Shown here: piece by piece, positions 1 through 9,737 of the stretch
Position numbering within the stretch: position 1 is the first letter of the stretch
Layout of the letters: the number at the start of each line of letters is the position of its first letter
Program-made: the position numbers and the translations under genes
The notes under the pieces: generated by a model
Seen by the model: the letters and a program-made list of their open reading frames with translations, nothing else
Told to the model about the DNA's origin: nothing
Database searches by the model: none
From: Candidatus Latescibacterota bacterium
GTDB lineage: Bacteria; Latescibacterota; UBA2968; UBA8231
DNA: 64,000 bases
Direction of reading: 5' to 3'
NCBI GenBank assembly: GCA_965206595.1
Contig: OZ242214.1
Coordinates: 6,720,001 to 6,784,000 of the forward strand

Positions 1-666
1 CAGCGTTTCCGCGGACATGGCGACAGCCGCTACCAGCCGCCTGAGGATGGGGTCGAAATCGGCGAGGCCTTGCGCCCGCGCCGACTGCATGGCGGCATGC
101 GGCAGCGAGCAGACCAACCGCAGGCGAGCGGCGGTTTCCTCGAAGAGGGCGTAATCCACGCGCGGGTCGACGTCGACCGCGCACCCGTCGACATCTGACG
201 AGACAAAGGTTTCGGGTGTGATCCGTTTCCAGGTCTCGAGCCGGGCGGCGAACTCCGGGAGCAGCTCGGAATGCGGCAGGCCGCACAGGGCATCGGACTC
301 GCGGCGCATCTCCCGCAACCGCCGAAAGGCGGTTTCGTACCCCTTCCTGCAGAGCCCCGGAAAGTCGGGTTCGGCGAGCAGTTCGACGGCGCGCTCGACG
401 TCGGCACCCGACTCCTGCTCCAGCCCGAGGTCGAAGCAGGTGAAGGCGTGCTCGATACCCTTGCGGATCCCATCCCGTCCGAGGGAGATACCGGTGCGTT
501 GGCGCCCTGCGAACTCCATGCTGCGCAGGCGCAGGAAGGCGGCGAGGGTATCGGCGAAACGGGCGGGCAGGCGGCCGAAACGCCACCCTAACTCGACGGC
601 GCGCGCGGCGAAACAGGTGCGATCCCGCAGCAGGGCGTTGAGATCGGGGTGGGCGAGCTGCGTCAC
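1..666 (-). CDS. hypothetical protein, 3' end outside window
   Basis: Read by hand: GTG at 666-664 overlaps the TGA of the upstream ORF (GTGA coupling); open to the window edge (VTQLAHPDLNALLRDRTCFAARAVELGWRFG...). Confidence 0.7.
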   Translation of the reverse strand, partial: MTQLAHPDLNALLRDRTCFAARAVELGWRFGRLPARFADTLAAFLRLRSMEFAGRQRTGISLGRDGIRKGIEHAFTCFDLGLEQESGADVERAVELLAEPDFPGLCRKGYETAFRRLREMRRESDALCGLPHSELLPEFAARLETWKRITPETFVSSDVDGCAVDVDPRVDYALFEETAARLRLVCSLPHAAMQSARAQGLADFDPILRRLVAAVAMSAETL

Positions 667-1415
667 GACGGCGTTGCCCCGGCGCGTTCCCAGGCGTTGC
701 GGATGGCGCGGGCAAGCAGCCCAGGCGCGGCGGCGTGCAGGGCGTGAATCACCTCCTCCTTTTGGGGGTCGTCGATCTCCGGAAGCACCAGACCCCCACC
801 CGATTCGGACACGGTTCTGAAAGCGGACACCCCGGGGTATACCGCCTCGTTCATGGCAAAGCGGTCGACGTGGGGAAGCAGCGCGTCCTCGAGAACCTCT
901 TCGTCCACGGACTCGAGCAGAGAGGCGATCCGGTCGACGTCCGGCAGGGCGGCGACGATCTCGAGCCATTCCCAGGAAACCGCGCCGCGATGGCCGTGGA
1001 AGTAGACCGGATCCAGGGTGTCGGCCACCGTTCGCCGGAAGGTCTCCTCCGACATCGCCGCCAGCAGCCCGGTATTGAAGCGGCCCCATTTGGCGTCGCG
1101 GGGAACCAGCAGCTCGGTCAGTAGGGAGGAGGGCAGTCTGTCCACGACTTCGGCCAGGTACCCGGGGCGGCCCTCCTCGTCCATCGCCGTCAGCGACAGG
1201 ATCTCCTCCGGGTCGGCGTCCACCGCTACCACGGCGACCAGCTCCTCCCGGGACAGCGACCTCAACATCTCCCGCGCCTGCGAGAGGCGGCCGTCCCCGA
1301 GCAGTCCGCGCAGCCGCGCCGACACGGCGACAACCTCCCCGACGTCGGCTGACCAATCGCCGACTACAACCCGGCCTTCGCGGACTGCAAGGGTTTCCCG
1401 ATCCGGATTCTCCAT
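663..1415 (-). CDS. hypothetical protein, probably alpha-helical
   Basis: 250-aa ORF with protein-like composition; GGAG-containing SD upstream; translationally coupled to the next gene. Confidence 0.75.
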   Translation of the reverse strand: MENPDRETLAVREGRVVVGDWSADVGEVVAVSARLRGLLGDGRLSQAREMLRSLSREELVAVVAVDADPEEILSLTAMDEEGRPGYLAEVVDRLPSSLLTELLVPRDAKWGRFNTGLLAAMSEETFRRTVADTLDPVYFHGHRGAVSWEWLEIVAALPDVDRIASLLESVDEEVLEDALLPHVDRFAMNEAVYPGVSAFRTVSESGGGLVLPEIDDPQKEEVIHALHAAAPGLLARAIRNAWERAGATPS

Positions 1416-1587
1416 GCCGGCGATTCCTCTCCTGGCTGGCGGACAACGTTTTCTGTGGACGGGACTACGCTATCGGGCAAGGTGTAACACTGTCAACGAA
1501 AAAATTCATAACACGTTAAACTACAGATAGTTACGCATTTTTTCTTGACATTGTGCAGGCTTCGGCTGTACATTGGATTCCACGATC

Positions 1588-1622
1588 AGAAGGCCCCGAT
1601 GCCACCCGGGGCCTTCTTTGTA
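1588..1622 (+). terminator. intrinsic terminator-like hairpin
   Basis: AGAAGGCCCCG/CGGGGCCTTCT stem followed by TTGT. Confidence 0.5.
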
Positions 1623-1848
1623 TCCACCCCTCCGGAGGCGTTCCGGTACCTGGTTTCCCCAGACCGCCTGGCGGTCCGGCTCCTCCCCCGAAACTCGAAG
1701 ATTCCCAGGCCCACTCGAAGCAGTCCTGCGGTGCGCCCGAAATCCCGGACTCGCCTCGGCCCCGGTTTGGCGGTAACCGGGACCGAGGGCTATATTGGCG
1801 CCCTTACGCACCTCCACCTACCCACCCGCTTCCCTGCAGGCAAACCTG

Positions 1849-2115
1849 ATGCGGATAACCGTCAACAACCTCGCCTCCGAGGCGCACGAAGAGGACCTGC
1901 GCACCCTCTTCGAGCTTTTTGGCCGCGTCTCATCGGTGGAGATTCGCAAGACCCAGGGACGGGCCTTCGTCGAGATGCCGAGCAAATCCGCGGGCAAGGA
2001 GGCCATCTCCGGCCTCCACGGTCAGAACCTGCTCGGCTTCGAAATCGAGGTGGCGGAAGCGCACAAGCCTGGCGGCAAGAAGGGGTTTCGCCGCCGCGGC
2101 GGCCGGCGGAGATAG
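1849..2115 (+). CDS. RRM (RNP-1) RNA-binding protein
   Basis: RNP2-like ITVNNL, RNP1-like GRAFVEM, basic Gly/Arg tail; 88 aa. Confidence 0.9.
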   Translation: MRITVNNLASEAHEEDLRTLFELFGRVSSVEIRKTQGRAFVEMPSKSAGKEAISGLHGQNLLGFEIEVAEAHKPGGKKGFRRRGGRRR

Positions 2116-2299
2116 CTTCCCCGGCCTTTCCGCAACCCCGTCCTCGACGGGGCGGCCTTCCGCAGTTCGCGCAGGCCACCGACATTCAGCAACCACCCCA
2201 TTCACACCGGCAGGCCGAACCTCCCCCCTGTTGGCGCGTCGCAAACTCCGCAACACCCTCGACCACCGAAGCCCGGCTCCATACTTGGCGGTCGGCCCC

Positions 2300-3715
2300 C
2301 TATCGGCCGGGCGCGGACTCCCCGAGAAGGGCGTTCCAGCGCTCGGCATACCGCCCGAGGGCGGGATCGTCGAAGGGGTCGACGCGGACCAGGCTCAGCG
2401 GCCACGTCGCGGTTTCCTCCTCCCAGACAGCCAGCATGCCGGCGCCGACCGCGGTGCCTTCGGTCTGGTGGTTGGCGAAACAGCTTTCGCAGCCTGCCAG
2501 GGCGGCGAGCAGGCGGCAGTAGAGCTCGTTGTTTACGAAGCCGCCGTCGATGACGAGGTCTCCGTCCGCCTCGAGCAGGCACAGACTGGTCGCCGTCATC
2601 AGCGCCGCGTACAGGGTCGCCCGCGCGATGATCTCGCCGTCCGTCTGCGGCTCCGGTCCCCAGGTCGTACCGGCGCGCCCCATGAACGGGCCCCCCGGCG
2701 CGAACGAGGGCAGCAGGAAGCTCCCCCCGGCGAGCACCCTGCGCAGATCGGCCTCGGTGCAGGACCTGCTCCCGGTTCCGGCGCTCAGGATCTCGAACTC
2801 GCGCCCCCCCATGTAGCGGGCCGCTGGGACCGGGCGCCCCATCAGGTCGACGAGGGCGAGGGTGTCGCGCCCTTCGTCCAGCCTGTCCAGGGGAAGGCGC
2901 GGGCTGAACATCACCACCCAGGTTCCGGTCGAGACCAGGCTGAAGGGCCGGGAACGGCCGCGCAGGTAGAGGCTGTACGCGGCGTTGCTGTCGTGGATGC
3001 CGCAGTGGACGCGGCAGTGCGTCGATAGTCCGGTGCGCCGCGCGATCCCGGGGCGAATCTGCCCCAGGGCCGCGTGCGCCGGCCGGATGGGGGGAAGCAG
3101 CCTCTCCCATCCTTGCCGCTGCACGAGGGAGGAATAGCGCCGCTCCCGGGGATTCCACAGGTGGCCGTGGCAGCCGATCGAGGTCAGCTCGCTCGCCGAA
3201 ACCCCGGACAGCCGCCAGGACCAGTACTGCGGGTAGGCGAGGACGCGGTCGGCGCGGGCGAACTCCCGTGGGAAAGCGCGCTGCAGCCAGAACAGCTGGC
3301 GGCCGAGGTTCATCCCCGCCGGCAGGGTTGGGCAGCAGGTCTCGGCGAACGCGGGAGCGGCCTCGGCGAAGGCTTTGGCGGTCGCCTCCGGCGGCTCGGC
3401 CTCGTAGTCGAGAATCGGCAGGGCGAGCCGGTCGCCGTTCATGAGGGCGGCGGTACAGCCATGGGTCGTCGGCACGATGGCGTCGATCTCGTAGCTCGCC
3501 GAGAACCCGGCCGCGGCCTGCAACAGCCAACTCCAGACCTTTTCGGTGTCGAGATGGGGAAAGGGCGGACCGTCGAGACTGCGGTTTTCGAGCCGCTCCA
3601 CGGCGAGAATCTCCCCGCCCTTTGCCATCACCAGGAGCTTGACGTTGGTCTTGCCCACGTCGAGAACAAGCGTTGCGGAGGGTTTGTGGGATCGCACTTC
3701 GATCGCAGCCGGCAT
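2300..3715 (-). CDS. FGGY-family carbohydrate kinase (fuculokinase/rhamnulokinase-like)
   Basis: LDVGKTNVK phosphate loop, GIHDSNA, VSTGTW, IDGGF motifs. Confidence 0.85.
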   Translation of the reverse strand: MPAAIEVRSHKPSATLVLDVGKTNVKLLVMAKGGEILAVERLENRSLDGPPFPHLDTEKVWSWLLQAAAGFSASYEIDAIVPTTHGCTAALMNGDRLALPILDYEAEPPEATAKAFAEAAPAFAETCCPTLPAGMNLGRQLFWLQRAFPREFARADRVLAYPQYWSWRLSGVSASELTSIGCHGHLWNPRERRYSSLVQRQGWERLLPPIRPAHAALGQIRPGIARRTGLSTHCRVHCGIHDSNAAYSLYLRGRSRPFSLVSTGTWVVMFSPRLPLDRLDEGRDTLALVDLMGRPVPAARYMGGREFEILSAGTGSRSCTEADLRRVLAGGSFLLPSFAPGGPFMGRAGTTWGPEPQTDGEIIARATLYAALMTATSLCLLEADGDLVIDGGFVNNELYCRLLAALAGCESCFANHQTEGTAVGAGMLAVWEEETATWPLSLVRVDPFDDPALGRYAERWNALLGESAPGR

Positions 3716-3765
3716 GGCGGCAGATTAAAGGGGATCGGTTACCGGGCAATCAAGCGGAATGAGCG

Positions 3766-4644
3766 CTACTGCGCCGTGGCGATCAGCATGGCGCCGGCGA
3801 AGATTACGATCGACGCCGCCAGGCGGATTCCCTGGAAACGCTCGCCGAGCAGCTTCCCGCCCATCACCACCGCCATGACGACGCTGATCTGCCTGAGGCC
3901 GACGATGTAGCTGACCCGTTCCAGCTGAAAGGCATAGAGGATGAGCACGTAGCTGGTCAGCCCGAACATACCGTTGAGAATCACCGCACGCCGGTTCTGC
4001 CGCCACTCGTTCCCGATGGCGCTCCTGTCCTTGGTGAAGGCGACGTACCCGCTCAGCATGAGGACGGTGACCAGGAAGTAGCTGCAGATGAAAACCACCG
4101 GGTGGATGATGGCAACGGCGAGCTTGTCGACGATGGAATAGGCGGCGACGGTCAGCATCGTCAGAACCGCCAACTGCAGGTGTCTCTCCTTCCAGTGCGC
4201 GGCCACAGGCTCGATGAAGGCGGACGGACTGATCCCCTTCAAGTTGATCGAATACGCTCCCAGCACCACCAGGGCGATGCCGACCCCGCCCCGCCAGGAG
4301 ACGTATTCCCCGAGGAAGAAGATGGCGACCAGCAGGACGAGCGCCGGGGCCGAGCGCATGATCGGGTAGACCTGGGAAAAATCGCCCCCTTCGTACGCCT
4401 TGGTGTAGAAGATGACGTAGAAGAAGTGGATGACACCGGAGAGAGTGCCGTAGAGCAGGACCGCGGCGACATCTACATCGGTGTAGATCGATAGGTACGC
4501 CGCTGCCGGAAGGTAAAGCGTCATACCGACGAGCAGTCCCAGCCAGGCGAAGATCTGCTTGTCGATCGCCCGCTTTACCAGGAGGTTCCGCAGGGCGTGA
4601 AGAAACGCCGACCCCAGTGCCAGCGCGACCGCGAGGAGTTCCAT
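3766..4644 (-). CDS. DMT/EamA family transporter
   Basis: About 10 hydrophobic helices in two repeats; GDFSQVYPI and LGE motifs. Confidence 0.9.
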   Translation of the reverse strand: MELLAVALALGSAFLHALRNLLVKRAIDKQIFAWLGLLVGMTLYLPAAAYLSIYTDVDVAAVLLYGTLSGVIHFFYVIFYTKAYEGGDFSQVYPIMRSAPALVLLVAIFFLGEYVSWRGGVGIALVVLGAYSINLKGISPSAFIEPVAAHWKERHLQLAVLTMLTVAAYSIVDKLAVAIIHPVVFICSYFLVTVLMLSGYVAFTKDRSAIGNEWRQNRRAVILNGMFGLTSYVLILYAFQLERVSYIVGLRQISVVMAVVMGGKLLGERFQGIRLAASIVIFAGAMLIATAQ

Positions 4645-4865
4645 CTATTTATTCTCCTTCTCCCTGGAATTTACAGCGCGGCATATCGGCTGCCCGGCAC
4701 TTTTTTGAAAAAACGGGATCTGGGAATCCTTGACAGACGGGGACGAACCATGAGGCCGAACCGAAGCTCTCTCTCAGGTGCGGTCAAAACGCATGCCATG
4801 AAACAAGACTCGGGTACGCAGGCTGCGGATGCCCATTCGGGGGGATCACAATGCGGAATATATAG

Positions 4866-5759
4866 ATGACAATCGGTCTGCTTGCAGTCAATGCATCCTT
4901 GTGTTCAGCACACGTCGGGGACCGCGTCGTGCCCGTATTCGAGATTTCGGACACGGCGCTCTCCGAGATAGACATTCATGACGGAGAGATAGGCGACTGG
5001 CTCGCCGTGATTGGCGAACCTTCCCTGACAGGCCTCGACCTGACCGCAGATGTCAGCTATGGAGAGGAGTACGATCCAAGCGACCTCGACTTCCGCATAT
5101 GGTTGGCGTGGCACCAAGGGCTCAACCGGATCTATATAGCGGCGGAAGGAGTCGACGATGTAATGGTGGACCGGGATGATGATGGTGAATGGTATTGGGA
5201 CGGCGTGATCGGATTGGAGATCGACGGCGATCATTCCGGGGGAATCTATGTTTTCAAAGATGGAGACGAGAGCCAGTGGCAGGGGGTCCAGCATTTTGTT
5301 GGCGGGCCCCTCGGCTACTTGGAAACCGCCGTAAACACACCATCCACGGTGCGGCCCGAGTACTGTACAATTGGCAGCCCCGACATCACGTGTTGGTTCA
5401 CAGTGCCTCCCTTTGCCGACGTGGGCGGGGCAACCTATGGCGAAAACCCGACTGTCTGGATGACGGAGATGTACGTTACCCCTTTCGACTGGTTGGTTGA
5501 CGACGACAGGGACGAAACGGTGATCTCGGAACTGCGGCCGGATGGTATAGTCATATCAGGGTTAAGGGTGGCGGTGCACGATGACGATGACCCTCAGAAC
5601 CGGGGTGGTGACGCAGCCTTTCTTTTCCCGGCCATAGACCACGATTCCGCGCATGGGCCGGATCAGTTCGCCGACGGCCTGCTTGTGCCTGTTGGTGGAA
5701 GGGATAGCGCCAAAGAGTCCGTCTCGTGGGGACGCATCAAAGCGTCGCTACAGCCCTGA
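4866..5759 (+). CDS. secreted protein, CBM9/DOMON-like, with C-terminal SWGRIK motif
   Basis: Signal-like N-terminus, IDIHDGEIGDW and IDGDHSGG motifs, ends ESVSWGRIKASLQP. Confidence 0.65.
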   Translation: MTIGLLAVNASLCSAHVGDRVVPVFEISDTALSEIDIHDGEIGDWLAVIGEPSLTGLDLTADVSYGEEYDPSDLDFRIWLAWHQGLNRIYIAAEGVDDVMVDRDDDGEWYWDGVIGLEIDGDHSGGIYVFKDGDESQWQGVQHFVGGPLGYLETAVNTPSTVRPEYCTIGSPDITCWFTVPPFADVGGATYGENPTVWMTEMYVTPFDWLVDDDRDETVISELRPDGIVISGLRVAVHDDDDPQNRGGDAAFLFPAIDHDSAHGPDQFADGLLVPVGGRDSAKESVSWGRIKASLQP

Positions 5760-5935
5760 CACTACAACCCTCGCGTCCCCTTAGCGTCTGGTTGGTTGGC
5801 CCGCAGGAACAGTTCGGAAGGCCCCACTGCTTCTCATCCCACCAGCCCAGGCATCGATCCCCACCAAATCGTTTTCAGCCCTTGGGAGGCGTCTCGCTCC
5901 TGAAGCTTGCGGCCGCCTGTGGACCCATTGGGTAC

Positions 5936-5968
5936 AAAAAGAAAGGAGGCCCTTGAAAGGACCTCCTC
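5936..5968 (-). terminator. intrinsic terminator after tRNA-Asp
   Basis: Minus strand GGAGGTCCT-TTCA-AGGGCCTCC followed by TTTCTTTTT. Confidence 0.8.
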
Positions 5969-5973
5969 GAAAC

Positions 5974-6052
5974 TGGCGGGATCGACGGGACTCGAACCCG
6001 CGACCTCCGGCGTGACAGGCCGGCGTTCTAAACCAAACTGAACTACGATCCC
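5974..6052 (-). tRNA. tRNA-Asp(GTC)
   Basis: Cloverleaf: GGGATCG/CGATCCC acceptor stem, anticodon loop CTGTCAC, TTCGAGT T-loop, encoded CCA. Confidence 0.97.
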
Positions 6053-6111
6053 GTTATATTCTTGCGTGACCTCCGAAAGCTACGGGAGGGGTCGGAGGTT
6101 GTCAATTTCGC

Positions 6112-6648
6112 TCAACCCCCTGCCGCATGCTCCCGGTCCCACGCCTCCCCTTCCTTCCTGATCCGCTTCAGGGCCCCGCGCAAGAGGTTGCGTTTGAGCG
6201 CCGGCAGGTAGTCGATGAACAGCTTGCCGTCGAGGTGGTCTATCTCGTGTTGCAGCACGCGGGCGTAGAACCCCCCGGCCTCGAACCGGTAGGGCTCGCC
6301 GTTGACGTCGATGCTGTCGATCTCGACCTCGGTGTAACGGGAAACGTCGCCGTAGAGCTCCGGTATGCTCAGGCACCCCTCCTCGGCGACGGCCTCGCCG
6401 GAGGCCTCGACGATGGCGGGGTTGATCAGCGCCAGGGGGGGCTTGTCGGGCTCCACCGCGGAAACGTTGACGACGATCACGCGCCTCGAAACCCCGATCT
6501 GCGGGGCGGCCAGCCCGACCCCTTCTGCTTCCGCAAGCGAGTCGAACAAGTCCTGAACGAGACCGGCGACCTCGCTGTCGACCGCCGCTACCGGGGCCGC
6601 GGCGCGGCGCAGGACCTTGGCGCCGAACTTGACGATCTCGCGCTTCAC
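6112..6648 (-). CDS. def: peptide deformylase
   Basis: GVGLAAPQIG, EGCLS and QHEIDHLDG signature motifs. Confidence 0.97.
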   Translation of the reverse strand: MKREIVKFGAKVLRRAAAPVAAVDSEVAGLVQDLFDSLAEAEGVGLAAPQIGVSRRVIVVNVSAVEPDKPPLALINPAIVEASGEAVAEEGCLSIPELYGDVSRYTEVEIDSIDVNGEPYRFEAGGFYARVLQHEIDHLDGKLFIDYLPALKRNLLRGALKRIRKEGEAWDREHAAGG

Positions 6649-7712
6649 TCGGGGAGAGGATCCAGGTCGACGGAGACGTAGCGGGCGCCGGCAACTTCCA
6701 GCTGCCCGACAAAGGCGGAACGCGCACCCTCCGCGGCGAAGCGGCCGGCGCCGGATGCGCTCATGCGCACCAGGGTGACCTCCCGGTGCACCTCCACCTG
6801 CCCCACCCCGATTCCGGCCTGCGCCAGGGCCGTACCTGCCGCTCCGGCCAGGCCACTGCCCCCGGGGGCGAGGCCGCCTTTCTTCTTCAACACCTCGTTG
6901 AGGCTGCCGGAGCGGAAGCCGCGCAGGTCCGCAGCCGCGGACCGGTAGCCGATCCCGGTGAGGGCGCCATGAATCCTTGCGCGAAGCTGTGCGTCGGCGA
7001 GCAGCCGGTCGAGGTCGGCCGCGGGCAGCTCGATGCGGGCGACCTCGGTGTGGTGGCGCACGCGCAGCTGCTCGAATCCGAGCCCGCGCAGAAAGGCCTC
7101 GGCGCGGTCGACCATGCGCAGGCCGTCAGCGGTGACCGGGGTGCCGTAGGGAAAGCGGGAGGAAAGACAGGCCATGGCCGGCCGGTCCCAGACCGGCAGC
7201 CCCCACGCCCTGGCGAGGTCGCGGACGTCCTGCTTGCCGAAGCCCGCCTCCTGCAGCGGAGCTCGCACTCCGTACTCCCGGGCGGCCTGCGCTCCGGGAC
7301 GGAAGTCACCGACGTCGTCCCTGTTCTGCCCGTAGATAATGGCGTCGGCCTCGAGCTCTTCCGCCATGCGCCGCATATGGGTGAAGAGCTCCTGCTTGCA
7401 GAAGTAACAGCGGTTGACCGGGTTGCTCGCGTAGTCGGGGTTCTGCAGCTCGCCGGTGCGCACCACCTCGTGACGGATGCCGAGGTCGCGCATCAGCTCG
7501 CTGGCCGCCTCGAGCTCCCCGCTCGCGTAGCTCTCGGAATCGGCGGTTACCGCGATGGCGTTCTCCCCCAGGACGCGGTGCGCGGCGACGGCGAGAACGG
7601 CGCTGTCGACGCCGCCGGAATAGCCGACCAGCACCCTGCCCAAGGGGCGAAGAACGGCCTCCAGCGCCTCCTGCTTCTGCTCGATGGTGCGGGCGGTTTC
7701 TATCTCGATCAT
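6645..7712 (-). CDS. larE: LarE-like ATP-dependent sulfur transferase
   Basis: PP-loop YSGGVDS, RCYFCK, RPG, ACLSSRFPYG, GFRSGSLN; extra C-terminal domain of about 70 aa. Confidence 0.9.
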   Translation of the reverse strand: MIEIETARTIEQKQEALEAVLRPLGRVLVGYSGGVDSAVLAVAAHRVLGENAIAVTADSESYASGELEAASELMRDLGIRHEVVRTGELQNPDYASNPVNRCYFCKQELFTHMRRMAEELEADAIIYGQNRDDVGDFRPGAQAAREYGVRAPLQEAGFGKQDVRDLARAWGLPVWDRPAMACLSSRFPYGTPVTADGLRMVDRAEAFLRGLGFEQLRVRHHTEVARIELPAADLDRLLADAQLRARIHGALTGIGYRSAAADLRGFRSGSLNEVLKKKGGLAPGGSGLAGAAGTALAQAGIGVGQVEVHREVTLVRMSASGAGRFAAEGARSAFVGQLEVAGARYVSVDLDPLPE

Positions 7713-7825
7713 GTCGGAAGCAACGGATCGTCAGCGGTGGCTGTGCGTGGCGTGTAAAGTCGCCTTGCCGCCGCGGACGGGCAATGAGGGCCGGCGGCGG
7801 TGCGGTCCCGTGTGGACTTCCACGG

Positions 7826-9259
7826 CTAGCCTTCGCGCACGGCGCACGGCACCAGCACCGCGTCGACCATGCCGTGCAGAACCTTCTTGTCGGCCGGGCA
7901 GACCAGCGCCTGGATGCCGCCCAGCCTGGTCTCTTCCTCGCCGGTGACGAAGTAGTACGGGCGCAGCAGCACGCGGCCGTGCATGTGGCGGAGCTCGCCG
8001 GCGGAGAAGTCGTAGTAGCTCGCCTCGAGCCGCGCGCCCTTGTGGAACTCCTGCAGGATGCACGGGTTCGTGTCGAAGCGCTCGAGCGCGACGGCGACGG
8101 CTGCGGACCACTCCTCTTCGGGCAGGTCGTGGCCGATGGAAACACCGCGGCTGCCGTAGGCGTCGGGGGCAAATCCGGAAGGTTTCACGACCAGCTCCCG
8201 CTCCTTCTTCGTCAGCGTCCCGAGCTCCTCCCAGCTGCTGACCTGACGGCCCCCGATCTGCATGCCGGAGACCGTGGCGTGCGGAGGAATCGGCGCCGGA
8301 TCGAGGATCCAGGTGCGCGGAACCAGCTCGCGCAGGGTGTCGTGGCCGCCGCCTCCGAGCTCGCGGGTCCAGAACCCCTCCAGACCGGGATAGTGCAGGA
8401 AGGCCATCCACATCTTCTCTTCGAGGAAGGCCTTCAGGGGCGGGGTGATGCGCACGGCGTTCTTCTTGCCGTGATAGGTGATCAGCTCCGCCTTGGGAAT
8501 GTTGGGCAGGTCGAACAGCTCGAAGAACCGGTAGACGACGTCGATGCGGCGGTCGCGGCCGTCGCGGGGGAGCAGCAGCCCCTCGTCGTCGACGGAAAGC
8601 TCCCTCGGATGGCAGCAGTACACCGGCCTGCCGGAGCGCTCCAGGGACTCGGCGAGAAAGCACATCTCCTCGCGGTACTCCTCCGACTCGTCCGACACGA
8701 CGACGGCGATGGTGGGATCCTCCCGTTCCGACGTCGCCGCGACCGCCTCGTAGAATCCCTTGATCAGACCGTGGGGGCCGCCGATGAGATCGTACCCTTC
8801 CCCGGCGTAGAGGGCGTGGATCTGCCCGGTGAAGCCGATGCCCCCGGGGACGGAGTCGAGCTCGGTTATACGCACCCCGTCCGCGGTGAGGACGAGATCG
8901 GGGCGGATGACGACGGGCAGCTGCGTCCGCGAGCGGTTCATGCGGCCAAAGTCGACGACGCGCTCCGGCTTGCCGCGGTCGAGGTAGCGGTGCAGCCAGG
9001 AGGGCTGCAGCCCCTTGACGCTCTGGTGATACAGCAGGTTGCAGGCTTTCTGAAACTTCAGGAGCTGGGGGCCGAGGGACTCGAGGAACTGGTGCTGGCC
9101 GCGGGTGAGCCAGAACGGTTCCGGCGAGATGCGCCACGGCAGCCTGCTGTCGGGATGCAGCTTCGTCCGGTCGCCCTCGAAAAGCCCTCCGCGCGGAGAG
9201 CTTTCGTTGATGCGCAGACAGATCGCCTTGGGGGATGACTCGGTCGAGGTGACAGCCAT
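7826..9259 (-). CDS. ATP-grasp amine ligase (glutathionylspermidine synthase / circularly permuted ATP-grasp-like)
   Basis: IRPDL, ITELDSVPGG, VYRFFE, EEK, VVKPSG, GSRGV motifs; start set at ATG 9259. Confidence 0.75.
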   Translation of the reverse strand: MAVTSTESSPKAICLRINESSPRGGLFEGDRTKLHPDSRLPWRISPEPFWLTRGQHQFLESLGPQLLKFQKACNLLYHQSVKGLQPSWLHRYLDRGKPERVVDFGRMNRSRTQLPVVIRPDLVLTADGVRITELDSVPGGIGFTGQIHALYAGEGYDLIGGPHGLIKGFYEAVAATSEREDPTIAVVVSDESEEYREEMCFLAESLERSGRPVYCCHPRELSVDDEGLLLPRDGRDRRIDVVYRFFELFDLPNIPKAELITYHGKKNAVRITPPLKAFLEEKMWMAFLHYPGLEGFWTRELGGGGHDTLRELVPRTWILDPAPIPPHATVSGMQIGGRQVSSWEELGTLTKKERELVVKPSGFAPDAYGSRGVSIGHDLPEEEWSAAVAVALERFDTNPCILQEFHKGARLEASYYDFSAGELRHMHGRVLLRPYYFVTGEEETRLGGIQALVCPADKKVLHGMVDAVLVPCAVREG

Positions 9260-9737
9260 GGAGGGGGGTGTCGCGGCGTGTGACAAAAGGGTGAAATATC
9301 GGGCACCGCGACGAGCAGTCAAACCCGGATGGGGCCGGTTTTCCAGACCGATGGGGCCGCCGTACCTGGGGAAACCGCGGCTGCGAAGAGGTTCGTGCCC
9401 TCACGGGAGCAGGGAAGCGGCCACCCCATCGACGATGAGCAACCGAGAAATAGCGCCTGCCCAGGCCGGCGATCCTTGGAAGGCACGCCTGCCGAAAGGG
9501 CTCCGATGAAGTCCTCGGGCGCCAGGAAAGCCCAGCTTGGGGAAGGTTCGCGTGAAAAGGCTGGAGGTTGTCCGAACCAACAGAGCAGCGGACCGCACAC
9601 CGCCCCGGATGCCGCAGTTATCGCCTCGAAGGCCGGCTCCTTCTGCAGTACCTTGGCCTGGTCAGATTGACCGCCGACACGGTCCTCGAGATTCCCGACG
9701 GCCCTGCACTGCCTCCCGTTTCCACAGGTATCCTACC

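Noticed and set aside
3766-6052. Integrative island at the tRNA-Asp 3' end
   Set aside because: The adjacent gene looks lower in GC, but I saw no integrase and no duplicated tRNA 3' end
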